A stretch of DNA of 64,000 nt from Bacillota bacterium. Lineage in GTDB: Bacteria > Bacillota > JAAYKD01. Positions 49,711-60,029 of this stretch are shown here, piece by piece. Below the pieces are notes generated by a model. The model saw nothing but the letters and a program-made list of their open reading frames with translations, was not told where the DNA came from and made no database searches. The position numbers were made by a program, and so were the translations under genes. The stretch is taken from the NCBI GenBank assembly GCA_963666425.2, contig OY762825.2, forward strand, positions 2,400,001 to 2,464,000, in the 5' to 3' direction. The number at the start of each line of letters is the position of its first letter. Positions within the stretch are counted from its first letter, which is position 1.

Positions 49711-52700
49711 GTGAAAAGAAAAATAGTCAGAAAAATACTAGTTCTATCCATGGTGCTTTCTTTAGTTTCTATTCTGTTTTCGATGAATGTTTTTGCAACA
49801 GATGCCGTCACAACCGATACGGCAACCAAGGATGTTTTTTTAAATACCGATTCTGAATCAGGATATAGCGCTACCGAGTTGAGCAATGCCGTAGAATCCG
49901 AATATACCAGATTGGGAGGTACTGCTTCCGATTTGCGGATTGCTACCAACAGCACGGAAATAAACACAACTGATCTTTCCAGCTGGTATGTCTATGATCA
50001 CTATGACACAGCGTATTGGGGAACACCGGCTGCCTGGCAGACCGCTATGAAGCTATCTTCGCTAACAGACCCCAAACGTCCCTACCAGTCTTATAGTGAA
50101 TCTAGTGGATCGGTAACCAGTTTAAAAACTTGGATCGACAATAATTCCAGCTTATCTAGTACCCAAAAATTCGATCAGCACATCTACTCCGGTATAAACG
50201 CCAATGGAGCTTTTATGACCTTCGTCGGTTATGGTTCGCCTGCCTATACCGATTATTTGTTTTATCCTGATACTTTAGCCGGGACCAAAACGGTAACTTA
50301 CACCATCGATTCCGCAAATGTGAATACACATACGCTTACCTCAGCCGGATTCTTAATCAATACAGGAATTGATGGTTCAGGCAATATTAAAGGTTATATT
50401 CTGTATTATAAATATTCCGCTCCAACTGTTTATACATTATCTCTTTATCCTATCAAGGATAATGTTAAAGCGACAGATTTAGCTGCGGGTTTAGGTGTTG
50501 GCGTGTGGGATATGGTTACCTATCTCCCTTCTACGGTTTCATCTGTTTTTTGCGATGCTGCTGTAGGTGGAGCTGTAACCGGCAGCCTGACGACCAGCAC
50601 CATCACCGATGTTGTCTTGACTATAACGCCTACCAGTGTAAAAGTAGAACAGAAGGCATCTGGCACTGGCGATCCTACTTTCTCCGAAACCTGGTCATTG
50701 ACCCCAACCGGTTTCAATGGCTTTGGTCCGTATGTAGAATATTCCAGCCATGGTTGTTCTCAACTGACCAGCTATAAATTCAGTAATTTAAAAATGTCTT
50801 CCGCCACAGCAGCGACTGCCTCCGTTTCGGCCCTGGCTGCTCTGCGCAATTCCGACTATTTGATCAGACCCGGGGTGCATAAATATTTCGTTAACATTCT
50901 GGGAGCATCCAGCAGTTATGATTTGACCAAAGATGCCAATTATCTCTCTCTTGTGCAAAATAAGAGCATCGATCTCTTTACAAATAAGAGTGTCAGTGCA
51001 ATCAGTGCTCAGTTGCCGGCTTATTATGTAGATACGAGTAACACAACGCTGTCTACACTGGCCACAAGCATAGCAAACTACCTTTTGGGTATCAATTCAG
51101 GCACGACAGATTCTGACCCGGAACCGCCTGTGCTCGCTGATATTGTTGCCAATTTTTCTCTGTTCAGCGAAGGCATTCAGGTGACGAACATTATGCATGA
51201 ACTGATTCCTGCCGAGGGAGTCAGTATTGATGTGGTCAATGCAACGCAAGCTCCGAGTGGGGTAACATTAGGAACACCTACCTACAAGTTAACCAGTCCG
51301 AGTGGAGCGGAAACTACGCTCGCTGCAATTCCTTTCACTGTGACCAATAATGACAGCAGCTGGCCAGCGGGACGTTATAAAGTGACCATGGATTATGGCG
51401 GTACCAGCATCCCAGCCGAAGCCAACTTCTATATCTTAGCGGATACTACGGTTCCGTCAGTGGTGGCAGTAAAGAATGGCAATGCCATTGACTTTACTTT
51501 TACCAATACCGCAAGTCCTGCCGGTAATACGTATACTTCCAATTTGGTTAGTTATGTGATCGAGAACACAAGTACTACAGCGACACCGACCAGCACTTGG
51601 GCAAATCAAGTAGCGATCGTGAATAACGCGACCTCCGCTACGGAGCCGATCACACAAGCTGGGTATATGCATATCTTGGTGAAGGACGAAGCCGGAAATA
51701 TTGGGCATACTTCTATTGAAATCACCCAAATTTTCCCGACGATTACCGCACCGGTTGCGGCGAATATTTATTATGGTCAGGCCTTAAGTGATTCTGCCTT
51801 AACTGGCGGTGTTGCTACCTATAGCGGTAATCCGGTTGCCGGCAGCTTTGCTTGGGTAACTCCAACTGTTAAACCAGGGCTTGGGGCGACCTCTCATCAA
51901 GTTCGCTTTACACCAACTTCTTCTACCTATGCAACCATTACCATGGATGTGTCTGTGACGGTAGAAAAGCGAGCCTTGAATATTTCAACATTTTCAGCTA
52001 ATAGCAAAACTTACGATGCAAGTACTGTAGCAACCGCTGATCCGGATACTTGGAGTACCGATGCGATTAATGGAGATGTGCCGAAATTCACCTATACGGC
52101 TGCTTTTGATACCGCAACAAATGGTACCAATAAAGTTGTAAGCTTCAGCAATCTTGCTCTGACAGCGGATGCGGTGAATGCCAATTATACCTTGGTTACA
52201 ACAACCGGTTCAACCACCGCTAACATCAGCAAGCGTCCATTAACCATTACTTTGCAAGACAAGCAAAAAGTGTATGGTCAGTTGGATCCCGTATTTACGG
52301 TTACTTACAACAGCAGTGCGGATGGCGGCATGGGATTTGCCGGAACAGAGAATGCCAACACTTTAGGCTATGTTGTATTGTATCGCCTCAGCGGCAATGA
52401 TGTTGGCTTCTATCCCATCCGTTTCCAAATTTTCAATGAAACCGTTCACAATTATGTCTTCACGATTGTAGATGGCACCTTTGAGATTAAAGCAAAACCC
52501 TTGACGATTGCTTCTGTAACAGCGGAAGACAAATTGTACGACGGAAACACAAGCACGAGTGGTACTATTACAGTTTCCGGTGCCGAAGGTACTGATGAAG
52601 TTTTTGCCAGCGGCAGCTTTGCTTTTATTAATAAGCATGCCGGAGAAGACAAAACTGTCAATGCATCGTCGATCACACTGACAGGAGCAGCAGCACATAA

Positions 52701-55700
52701 TTACTCAATTAGTGCTGACGCAGCTACCACCGCCGATATCACGAAAAAAGTGTTGAATTTCAGCTTGTTTACGGCAGCCGATAAAGTATATGACGGAAAT
52801 GCTGCTGTGAACGGAACCGGATTTACTGATGATCGGATCGCAGGAGATAATCTCGTCTTTTCTTATGAGGCTGCCTTTGATAACAAAAATGTAGCGAGTA
52901 ATAAGACGGTCTCTTATACGAACATTAGCTTATCGGGAGGCACCGACCAACTCAACTATACTTTGGCAAGCCAGACTGGTACCTCTAGCGCCAGCGTAAC
53001 CGCGAAACCGCTTACTGCCACCGCGACTGCTTTGGATAAAGTTTATGATGGTGTGATGGCTGCTTCGGGAACGATCAATTTGGCCGGAAGTGTTCTTGGC
53101 GATGACGTCACTGCAAGCGGGAGTTTTACCTTCGTTGATAAAAATGTTGGTAATACCAAGACAGTAAATATCAGCGCAATTTCGTTATTAGGCAATGATG
53201 CAGGAAATTATACCGTTAATGCTACAGCGACCACAAATGCGTCAATTACCAAACGAACTCTGACGATGACGGCCGAGAATAAGAGTAAATTATATAAAGA
53301 ACCGTTTGATCCTGCATTTACGATTGCTTGGAACGGATTCCAGAATAATGAAACTGTTGCAGTCCTTGGTGGCACTTACACCATCTTCCGTGAAGTTGGA
53401 GAAGAAGCAGGAAACTATGATATCTGGATTATCAGTTCTTTAACTTCCAGCAACTATAACATCGTAAAAGAAGATGGAAATACCGTAACGGATAATACAT
53501 ACGGTACTTTTACCATTGAAAAACGCGTATTAACGGTCATCGCCGATTCCAAGACTAAGGTATATGGTTCGGCCGACCCGGCTCTGACCTACAGTATTGA
53601 TGGATTTGTGGATGGAGAGACCAGCGCTCTCGTTACGGGAGCATTGAGTCGGAGCAGTGGCAATAATGTTGCCGTATATGAGATTTCTCTCAACAACCTA
53701 TCAGCTGGGAATAATTACACTATTGATTATACCGGAGCTAGTTTATCGATTACCAAAGCCAGCCTCACCGTCACCGCCGATGCTAAGAGTAAAGTCTACG
53801 GCGCTGTAGAACCGGTTCTTAGCTACACTCCGAGCGGTACACTTTACTACACCGATAGCTACAACGTTATCACCGGAGTGAACCTCAGCACCGCGACTGG
53901 AGCTGCTGCCACAACGGGTGATCATACGATTACGATTAGTGCAGGCACAGCCGCGAACTACAACATCACACATGTCAACGGTACTCTCAGCGTAGCAAAA
54001 GCAGAATTGACCGTCACTGCCGATGCCAAGAGTAAAGTCTACGGTGCAAGTGAACCGATTCTCGGCTACACTTCGAGCGGCACTCTTTACTACACCGATG
54101 GTTACGACGTAATCACCGGAGTAACTCTCAGCACCGCGACCGGAGCTGCTGCCACTGCAGGTGATCATACAATTACGATTAGTGGAGGCACAGCGGACAA
54201 CTACAACATCACGCATGTCAACGGCATACTCAGCGTAGCGAAAGCGGAATTGACCGTCACCGCCGACAATAAGAGCAAAGTCTATGGCGCTGTTGAACCG
54301 ATTCTCGGCTACACTCCGAGCGGCACTCTTTACTACACCGATGGTTACAACGTTATCACCGGAGTGAACCTCAGCACCGATAGCGGAGCTGCTGCCACTG
54401 CAGGTAACCACACGATTACCATCCTTGGCGGCACAGCCGCGAACTACAACGTCACGCATGTCAACGGCACACTCAGCGTAGCGAAAGCGGAATTGACCGT
54501 TACCGCCGACAATAAGAGCAAAGTCTATGGTGCAAGTGAACCGATTCTCGGCTACACTCCGAGCGGCACTCTTTACTACACCGATGGTTACAACGTAATC
54601 ACCGGAGTAAACCTCAGCACCGCGACTGGAGCTGCTGCCACTGCAGGTGATCATACGATTACCATCCTTGGAGGCACAGCCGCCAATTACAACATCACGC
54701 ATGTCAACGGTACTCTCAGCGTAGCGAAAGCAGAATTGACCGTCACCGCCGATGCCAAGAGTAAAGTCTACGGCGCTGTTGAACCGATTCTCACCTACAC
54801 CCCGAGCGGCACTCTTTACTACACCGATGGCTACAACGTTATCACCGGAGTGACTCTCAGCACCGCGACCGGAGCTGTTGCCACAACTGGTGATCATACG
54901 ATCAGCATCAGCAGCGGCACAGCCGCCAATTACAACATCACACATGTCGACAGCACTCTTAGCGTAGCGAAAGCAGAATTGACCGTCACCGCCGATGCTA
55001 AGAGCAAAGTTTATGGCGCTGTTGAACCGGTTCTCGGCTATACCCCGAGCGGCACTCTTTACTACACCGATGGCTACAACGTAATCACCGGAGTAACTCT
55101 CAGCACCGCAACCGGAGCTGCTGCCACTGCAGGTGATCATACGATTACCCTCCTTGGAGGAACAGCCGCGAACTACAACATCACGCATGTCAACGGTACT
55201 CTCAGCGTAGCAAAAGCGGAATTGACCGTCACCGCCGACAATAAGAGCAAAGTCTACGGCGCTGTTGAACCGATTCTCGGCTACACTCCGAGCGGCACTC
55301 TTTACTACACCGATGGTTACAACGTAATCACCGGTGTGACCCTCAATACCGATAGCGGAGCTGCTGCTACGGCAGGTAACCACACGATTACCATCCTTGG
55401 CGGCACAGCCGCGAACTACAACATCACACATGTCAACGGTACTCTCAGCGTAGCGAAAGCAGAATTGACCGTCACCGCAGACGACGATAGCAAAGTCTAC
55501 GGCGCTGTTGAACCGGTTCTCGGCTACACCCCGAGCGGCACTCTTTACTACACCGATAGCTACAACGTAATCACCGGGGTGACTCTCAGCACCGCGACCG
55601 GAGCTGCTGCCACTGCAGGCGATCATACGATTACTATCCTTGGAGGCACAGCCGCGAACTACAACATCACACATGTCAACGGCATACTCAGCGTAGCGAA

Positions 55701-58700
55701 AGCAGAATTGACCATCACCGCAGACGACGATAGCAAAGTCTATGGTGCAAGTGAACCGATTCTCACCTACACCCCGAGCGGCACTCTTTACTACACCGAT
55801 GGTTATAACGTTATCACCGGAGTGAACCTTAGCACCGCGATCGGAGCTGCTGCCACAACTGGTGATCATACGATTACTATCCTTGGCGGCACAGCTAGTA
55901 ATTACAACGTCACGCATGTCAACGGCACGCTCAGCGTAACGAAAGCGGAATTGACCGTCACCGCCGATGCCAAGAGTAAAGTCTACGGTGCAAGTGAACC
56001 GATTCTCACCTACACCCCGAGCGGTACTCTTTACTACACCGATGGCTACAACGTTATCACTGGAGTAACTCTCAGCACCGCGACCGGAGCTGCTGCCACT
56101 GCAGGTGATCATACGATTACGATCAGCGAAGGCACAGCCGCCAATTACAACATCACGCATGTCAACGGTAATCTCAGTGTAGCAAAAGCGGAATTGATTG
56201 TCACCGCCGATGCCAAGAGTAAAGTCTACGGTGCAAGTGAACCGATTCTCACCTACACCCCGAGCGGTACTCTTTACTACACCGATGGCTACAACGTTAT
56301 CACCGGAGTGACTCTCAGCACCGCAACCGGAGCTGCTGCCACTGCAGGCGATCATACAATTACGATTAGTGGAGGCACAGCGGACAACTACAACATCACG
56401 CATGTCAACGGCACTCTCAGCGTAGCGAAAGCGGAATTGACCGTCACCGCCGATGCTAAGAGCAAAGTCTACGGCGCTGTTGAACCGATTCTCGGCTACA
56501 CTCCGAGCGGCACTCTTTACTACACCGATGGTTACAACGTTATCACCGGAGTGAACCTTAGCACCGCGATCGGAGCTGCTGCCACTGCAGGTAACCACAC
56601 GATTACCATTCTTGGAGGCACAGCCGCGAACTACAACATCACGCATGTCAACGGTACTCTCAGCGTAGCAAAAGCGGAATTGACCGTCACCGCCGACAAT
56701 AAGAGTAAAGTCTACGGTGCGGATGAACCGATTCTTGGCTACACTCCGAGCGGCACTCTTTACTACACCGATGGTTACAACGTAATCACCGGAGTGAACC
56801 TCAGCACCGCGACTGGAGCTGCTGCCACTGCAGGCGATCATACGATTACCATCCTTGGCGGCACAGCCGCGAACTACAACGTCACGCATGTCAACGGCAC
56901 ACTCAGCGTAGCGAAAGCAGAATTGACCGTCACCGCCGACAATAAGAGCAAAGTCTACGGCGCTGTTGAACCGATTCTCGGCTACACTCCGAGCGGCACT
57001 CTTTACTACACCGATGGCTACAACGTAATCACCGGAGTAACTCTCAGCACCGCGACCGGAGCTGCTGCCACTGCAGGTGATCATACGATTACCATCCTTG
57101 GAGGCACAGCCGCGAACTACAACGTCACGCATGTCAACGGCACTCTCATCGTAGCGAAAGCAGAATTGACCGTCACCGCCGATGCCAAGAGTAAAGTCTA
57201 CGGCGCTGTTGAACCGATTCTCGGCTACACTCCGAGCGGCACTCTTTACTACAGCGATGGCTACAACGTTATCACCGGAGTGACCCTCAATACCGATAGC
57301 GGAGCTGCTGCAACGGCAGGAAACCACACGATTACTATCCTTGGCGGCACAGCTAGTAATTACAACATCACGCTTGTCAACGGCACTCTCAGCGTAGCGA
57401 AGGCAGAATTGACCGTCACCGCCGACAATAAGAGCAAAGTCTACGGCGCTGTTGAACCGGTTCTCGGCTACACCCCGAGCGGCACTCTTTACTACACCGA
57501 TGGCTACAACGTTATCACCGGAGTAACTCTCAGCACCGCGACCGGAGCTGCTGCCACAACCGGTGATCATACGATCAGCATCAGCAGCGGCACAGCCACG
57601 AACTACAACATCACACATGTCAACGGCATACTCAGCGTAGCGAAAGCGGAATTGACCGTCACCGCCGACAATAAGAGCAAAGTCTACGGCGCTGTTGAAC
57701 CGATTCTCACCTACACCCCGAGCGGCACTCTTTACTACAGCGATGGTTTCAACGTTATCACCGGAGTAACTCTCAGCACCGCGATCGGAGCTGCTGCCAC
57801 TGCAGGTGATCATACGATTACCATCCTTGGAGGCACAGCCGCGAACTACAACGTCACGCATGTTAACGGCGTACTCAGCGTAGCGAAAGCAGAATTGACC
57901 GTCACCGCCGATACTAAGAGTAAAGTCTACGGTGCGGATGAACCGATTCTTGGCTACACTCCGAGCGGCACTCTTTACTACACCGATGGTTACAACGTTA
58001 TCACCGGGGTGACTCTCAGCACCGCGACCGGAGCTGCTGCCACAACTGGTGATCATACGATCAGCATCAGCGGCGGCACAGCCGCGAACTACAACGTCAC
58101 GCATGTCAACGGTACTCTCGGCGTAGCAAAAGCTAACCTTTCCGCGACGGTGGAAAATTACAGTAAGGTCTATGGCGAGGAAAACCCAAGCTTTAGTGTA
58201 ACAGTCGTTGGTTTTGTCTATGGAGAAACTGCTCTGACAGCCGCGGGTTATGTTGCACCGAGCGCCGGCACAACAGCGACAGTCTCGACAAGCGTGGGAA
58301 CACCTGCGATTATCATCACTGGCGGCAGCGCTGCCAATTATACCTTTAACAACTCTGATACCGGAACACTTACCATCACCCCGAGACTGCTGACCATTGC
58401 AGCAGATTATAAATCCAAGATCATCGGGGCAACAGACCCCGCCTTGACCTATCGTTTGAAATCCGGACAATTGTATGCTGCGGATGCAATCAGCGGTCAG
58501 CTTCAAAGAGAAGCAGGGGATGACATTGGAGCTTATGAAATTCAGCAAGGTACATTAACGGCAGGATCAAATTACCAAATCACCTATGTTTCTGCAAAAC
58601 TCTATATTGCCGCTGTTGAAGCAGAGCCAAAACCGCCTGCTAATACTGAAGTAATTGTTATTATCAATGGCGAAGAACAGAATTCAGGAACAGAAACGAC

Positions 58701-59922
58701 AAATACAACACAAGGAATCACGAAGACGACTCTTGTTGTAGAACAAGAATCAGTCAATCAACGAATTGATGAAATCCTGGCCAATGCACAAAGCGAAGAA
58801 AATACAATTGAAGTAATTGTGTCTGAAGAAAAGGCAGATCAAATCAGCACGATTTTAACCGGGGATACCGTGAAAAGATTGGAAGACGAGGAATTCGAGT
58901 TCAAGATCACGACAAATGATATTCAATATATCATTGGAGCATCAGAACTTTCAATCGAAAATACGGCTGAACAATTAGGTGTCGATGCTTCGCAATTGCA
59001 GGATATTCAGGTTAATATCCAAATCAACAAAATTGATGCAGTGAAAGCGCAAGAGATTCGCGAAAATGCACAATTACAAGATTATGAAGTATTGTTTGAA
59101 CCGGTAGAATTTTTCATTACTGCAGAGACGACGAATCTGTCTGGTCAAGTCAGCAGCGTCAACATAACAACCTTTAACAACTATGTAGAACGTATCATGG
59201 AAATTCCGGCAGATGTGGATCCAACTAAGATTACTACCGGAATCGTCTATAACACAGATGGAACCTTCAGTCATATTCCTACCGCGGTGTTCAAGGCAAA
59301 TGGCAGATGGTTTGCCAGATTGAATTCGCTGACCAACTCTGTCTACTCTGTCATCTGGAACCCAATTACAGTTGCTTCAGTGGAGAATCATTGGTCGAAA
59401 GAGATTGTCAATGATATGGCCTCCAGGCTGATCATTGGTAACCCAACTACTTTCACTCCGGATGGGTACATTACCAGAGGCGAATTTGCCGAGTATATTA
59501 CCAAAGCCTTAGGCCTTTACAGAACCGGAGTCGCAAAAGCTGGTCTGTTCAATGATGTGACGAAACAAAACACGCTGGCAGATGCTATTACCATTGCTTC
59601 AACCTATGGTATCATTTACGGCTATCCCGATGGAAGTTTCCGATCTGATGCTCTCATTTCAAGAACGGAAGCGATGGTCATGTATGCAAACGCCATGCAT
59701 GTTGCCGGACTGATCAAAGATGTTGATAACAAAATTGATTCCTACGAGGATAAGGATCTGGTTGCTGACTGGGCTTATGCAGATGTTCAAAAAGTAGTCA
59801 GCGCCGGTATTTTCAATGGTGTTACTCCAACGATGATCGCTCCGCTCAAAACCTTTACTTATGCTGAAGCAGCAACTGCTATTCAGAATCTTTTAATCGA
59901 AACCTTGTTAATTGATGACTAG
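49711..59922 (+). CDS. Giant cell-surface adhesin (3,403 aa): signal peptide, large N-terminal domain, YDG domains, MBG-type repeats, three C-terminal SLH domains
   Basis: KxYDG motifs, many TVTADxKSKVYG..P units, DPTKITTGIV...FSHIPT...NSLTNSVYS pre-SLH domain, then ITRGEFA, ISRTEAM and TYAEAA. Confidence 0.92.
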   Translation: MKRKIVRKILVLSMVLSLVSILFSMNVFATDAVTTDTATKDVFLNTDSESGYSATELSNAVESEYTRLGGTASDLRIATNSTEINTTDLSSWYVYDHYDTAYWGTPAAWQTAMKLSSLTDPKRPYQSYSESSGSVTSLKTWIDNNSSLSSTQKFDQHIYSGINANGAFMTFVGYGSPAYTDYLFYPDTLAGTKTVTYTIDSANVNTHTLTSAGFLINTGIDGSGNIKGYILYYKYSAPTVYTLSLYPIKDNVKATDLAAGLGVGVWDMVTYLPSTVSSVFCDAAVGGAVTGSLTTSTITDVVLTITPTSVKVEQKASGTGDPTFSETWSLTPTGFNGFGPYVEYSSHGCSQLTSYKFSNLKMSSATAATASVSALAALRNSDYLIRPGVHKYFVNILGASSSYDLTKDANYLSLVQNKSIDLFTNKSVSAISAQLPAYYVDTSNTTLSTLATSIANYLLGINSGTTDSDPEPPVLADIVANFSLFSEGIQVTNIMHELIPAEGVSIDVVNATQAPSGVTLGTPTYKLTSPSGAETTLAAIPFTVTNNDSSWPAGRYKVTMDYGGTSIPAEANFYILADTTVPSVVAVKNGNAIDFTFTNTASPAGNTYTSNLVSYVIENTSTTATPTSTWANQVAIVNNATSATEPITQAGYMHILVKDEAGNIGHTSIEITQIFPTITAPVAANIYYGQALSDSALTGGVATYSGNPVAGSFAWVTPTVKPGLGATSHQVRFTPTSSTYATITMDVSVTVEKRALNISTFSANSKTYDASTVATADPDTWSTDAINGDVPKFTYTAAFDTATNGTNKVVSFSNLALTADAVNANYTLVTTTGSTTANISKRPLTITLQDKQKVYGQLDPVFTVTYNSSADGGMGFAGTENANTLGYVVLYRLSGNDVGFYPIRFQIFNETVHNYVFTIVDGTFEIKAKPLTIASVTAEDKLYDGNTSTSGTITVSGAEGTDEVFASGSFAFINKHAGEDKTVNASSITLTGAAAHNYSISADAATTADITKKVLNFSLFTAADKVYDGNAAVNGTGFTDDRIAGDNLVFSYEAAFDNKNVASNKTVSYTNISLSGGTDQLNYTLASQTGTSSASVTAKPLTATATALDKVYDGVMAASGTINLAGSVLGDDVTASGSFTFVDKNVGNTKTVNISAISLLGNDAGNYTVNATATTNASITKRTLTMTAENKSKLYKEPFDPAFTIAWNGFQNNETVAVLGGTYTIFREVGEEAGNYDIWIISSLTSSNYNIVKEDGNTVTDNTYGTFTIEKRVLTVIADSKTKVYGSADPALTYSIDGFVDGETSALVTGALSRSSGNNVAVYEISLNNLSAGNNYTIDYTGASLSITKASLTVTADAKSKVYGAVEPVLSYTPSGTLYYTDSYNVITGVNLSTATGAAATTGDHTITISAGTAANYNITHVNGTLSVAKAELTVTADAKSKVYGASEPILGYTSSGTLYYTDGYDVITGVTLSTATGAAATAGDHTITISGGTADNYNITHVNGILSVAKAELTVTADNKSKVYGAVEPILGYTPSGTLYYTDGYNVITGVNLSTDSGAAATAGNHTITILGGTAANYNVTHVNGTLSVAKAELTVTADNKSKVYGASEPILGYTPSGTLYYTDGYNVITGVNLSTATGAAATAGDHTITILGGTAANYNITHVNGTLSVAKAELTVTADAKSKVYGAVEPILTYTPSGTLYYTDGYNVITGVTLSTATGAVATTGDHTISISSGTAANYNITHVDSTLSVAKAELTVTADAKSKVYGAVEPVLGYTPSGTLYYTDGYNVITGVTLSTATGAAATAGDHTITLLGGTAANYNITHVNGTLSVAKAELTVTADNKSKVYGAVEPILGYTPSGTLYYTDGYNVITGVTLNTDSGAAATAGNHTITILGGTAANYNITHVNGTLSVAKAELTVTADDDSKVYGAVEPVLGYTPSGTLYYTDSYNVITGVTLSTATGAAATAGDHTITILGGTAANYNITHVNGILSVAKAELTITADDDSKVYGASEPILTYTPSGTLYYTDGYNVITGVNLSTAIGAAATTGDHTITILGGTASNYNVTHVNGTLSVTKAELTVTADAKSKVYGASEPILTYTPSGTLYYTDGYNVITGVTLSTATGAAATAGDHTITISEGTAANYNITHVNGNLSVAKAELIVTADAKSKVYGASEPILTYTPSGTLYYTDGYNVITGVTLSTATGAAATAGDHTITISGGTADNYNITHVNGTLSVAKAELTVTADAKSKVYGAVEPILGYTPSGTLYYTDGYNVITGVNLSTAIGAAATAGNHTITILGGTAANYNITHVNGTLSVAKAELTVTADNKSKVYGADEPILGYTPSGTLYYTDGYNVITGVNLSTATGAAATAGDHTITILGGTAANYNVTHVNGTLSVAKAELTVTADNKSKVYGAVEPILGYTPSGTLYYTDGYNVITGVTLSTATGAAATAGDHTITILGGTAANYNVTHVNGTLIVAKAELTVTADAKSKVYGAVEPILGYTPSGTLYYSDGYNVITGVTLNTDSGAAATAGNHTITILGGTASNYNITLVNGTLSVAKAELTVTADNKSKVYGAVEPVLGYTPSGTLYYTDGYNVITGVTLSTATGAAATTGDHTISISSGTATNYNITHVNGILSVAKAELTVTADNKSKVYGAVEPILTYTPSGTLYYSDGFNVITGVTLSTAIGAAATAGDHTITILGGTAANYNVTHVNGVLSVAKAELTVTADTKSKVYGADEPILGYTPSGTLYYTDGYNVITGVTLSTATGAAATTGDHTISISGGTAANYNVTHVNGTLGVAKANLSATVENYSKVYGEENPSFSVTVVGFVYGETALTAAGYVAPSAGTTATVSTSVGTPAIIITGGSAANYTFNNSDTGTLTITPRLLTIAADYKSKIIGATDPALTYRLKSGQLYAADAISGQLQREAGDDIGAYEIQQGTLTAGSNYQITYVSAKLYIAAVEAEPKPPANTEVIVIINGEEQNSGTETTNTTQGITKTTLVVEQESVNQRIDEILANAQSEENTIEVIVSEEKADQISTILTGDTVKRLEDEEFEFKITTNDIQYIIGASELSIENTAEQLGVDASQLQDIQVNIQINKIDAVKAQEIRENAQLQDYEVLFEPVEFFITAETTNLSGQVSSVNITTFNNYVERIMEIPADVDPTKITTGIVYNTDGTFSHIPTAVFKANGRWFARLNSLTNSVYSVIWNPITVASVENHWSKEIVNDMASRLIIGNPTTFTPDGYITRGEFAEYITKALGLYRTGVAKAGLFNDVTKQNTLADAITIASTYGIIYGYPDGSFRSDALISRTEAMVMYANAMHVAGLIKDVDNKIDSYEDKDLVADWAYADVQKVVSAGIFNGVTPTMIAPLKTFTYAEAATAIQNLLIETLLIDD
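53758..58131 (+). repeat. Intragenic tandem repeat: 18 units of 243 bp (81 aa), MBG-like
   Basis: AELTVTADxKSKVYGAxEPxLxYTPSGTLYYTDGYNVITGV...YNITHVNGTLSVAK at a 243-bp period (53758, 54001, 54244 ... 57889). Confidence 0.93.
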
Positions 59923-59939
59923 AATTTAGAAATTAGCCT

Positions 59940-60003
59940 AAAAAGCTCCCCCTTTCACTGCAGATAGTAAATCTAAACTGCAAATGAAAGGGGGAGCTTT
60001 TTT
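59940..60003. terminator. Bidirectional terminator between convergent genes
   Basis: AAAAAGCTCCCCCTTTCA...TGAAAGGGGGAGCTTTTT. Confidence 0.85.
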
Positions 60004-60029
60004 TAAGTTGTAAAACAGTCAAAAGCGGG

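Noticed and set aside
53743-58548. 1,601-aa antisense ORF as a real gene
   Set aside because: It is codon-aligned with the adhesin repeats and explained by the absence of TTA/CTA/TCA in an amplified unit. The product is Cys/Arg/Val-rich with no recognisable family and no RBS.
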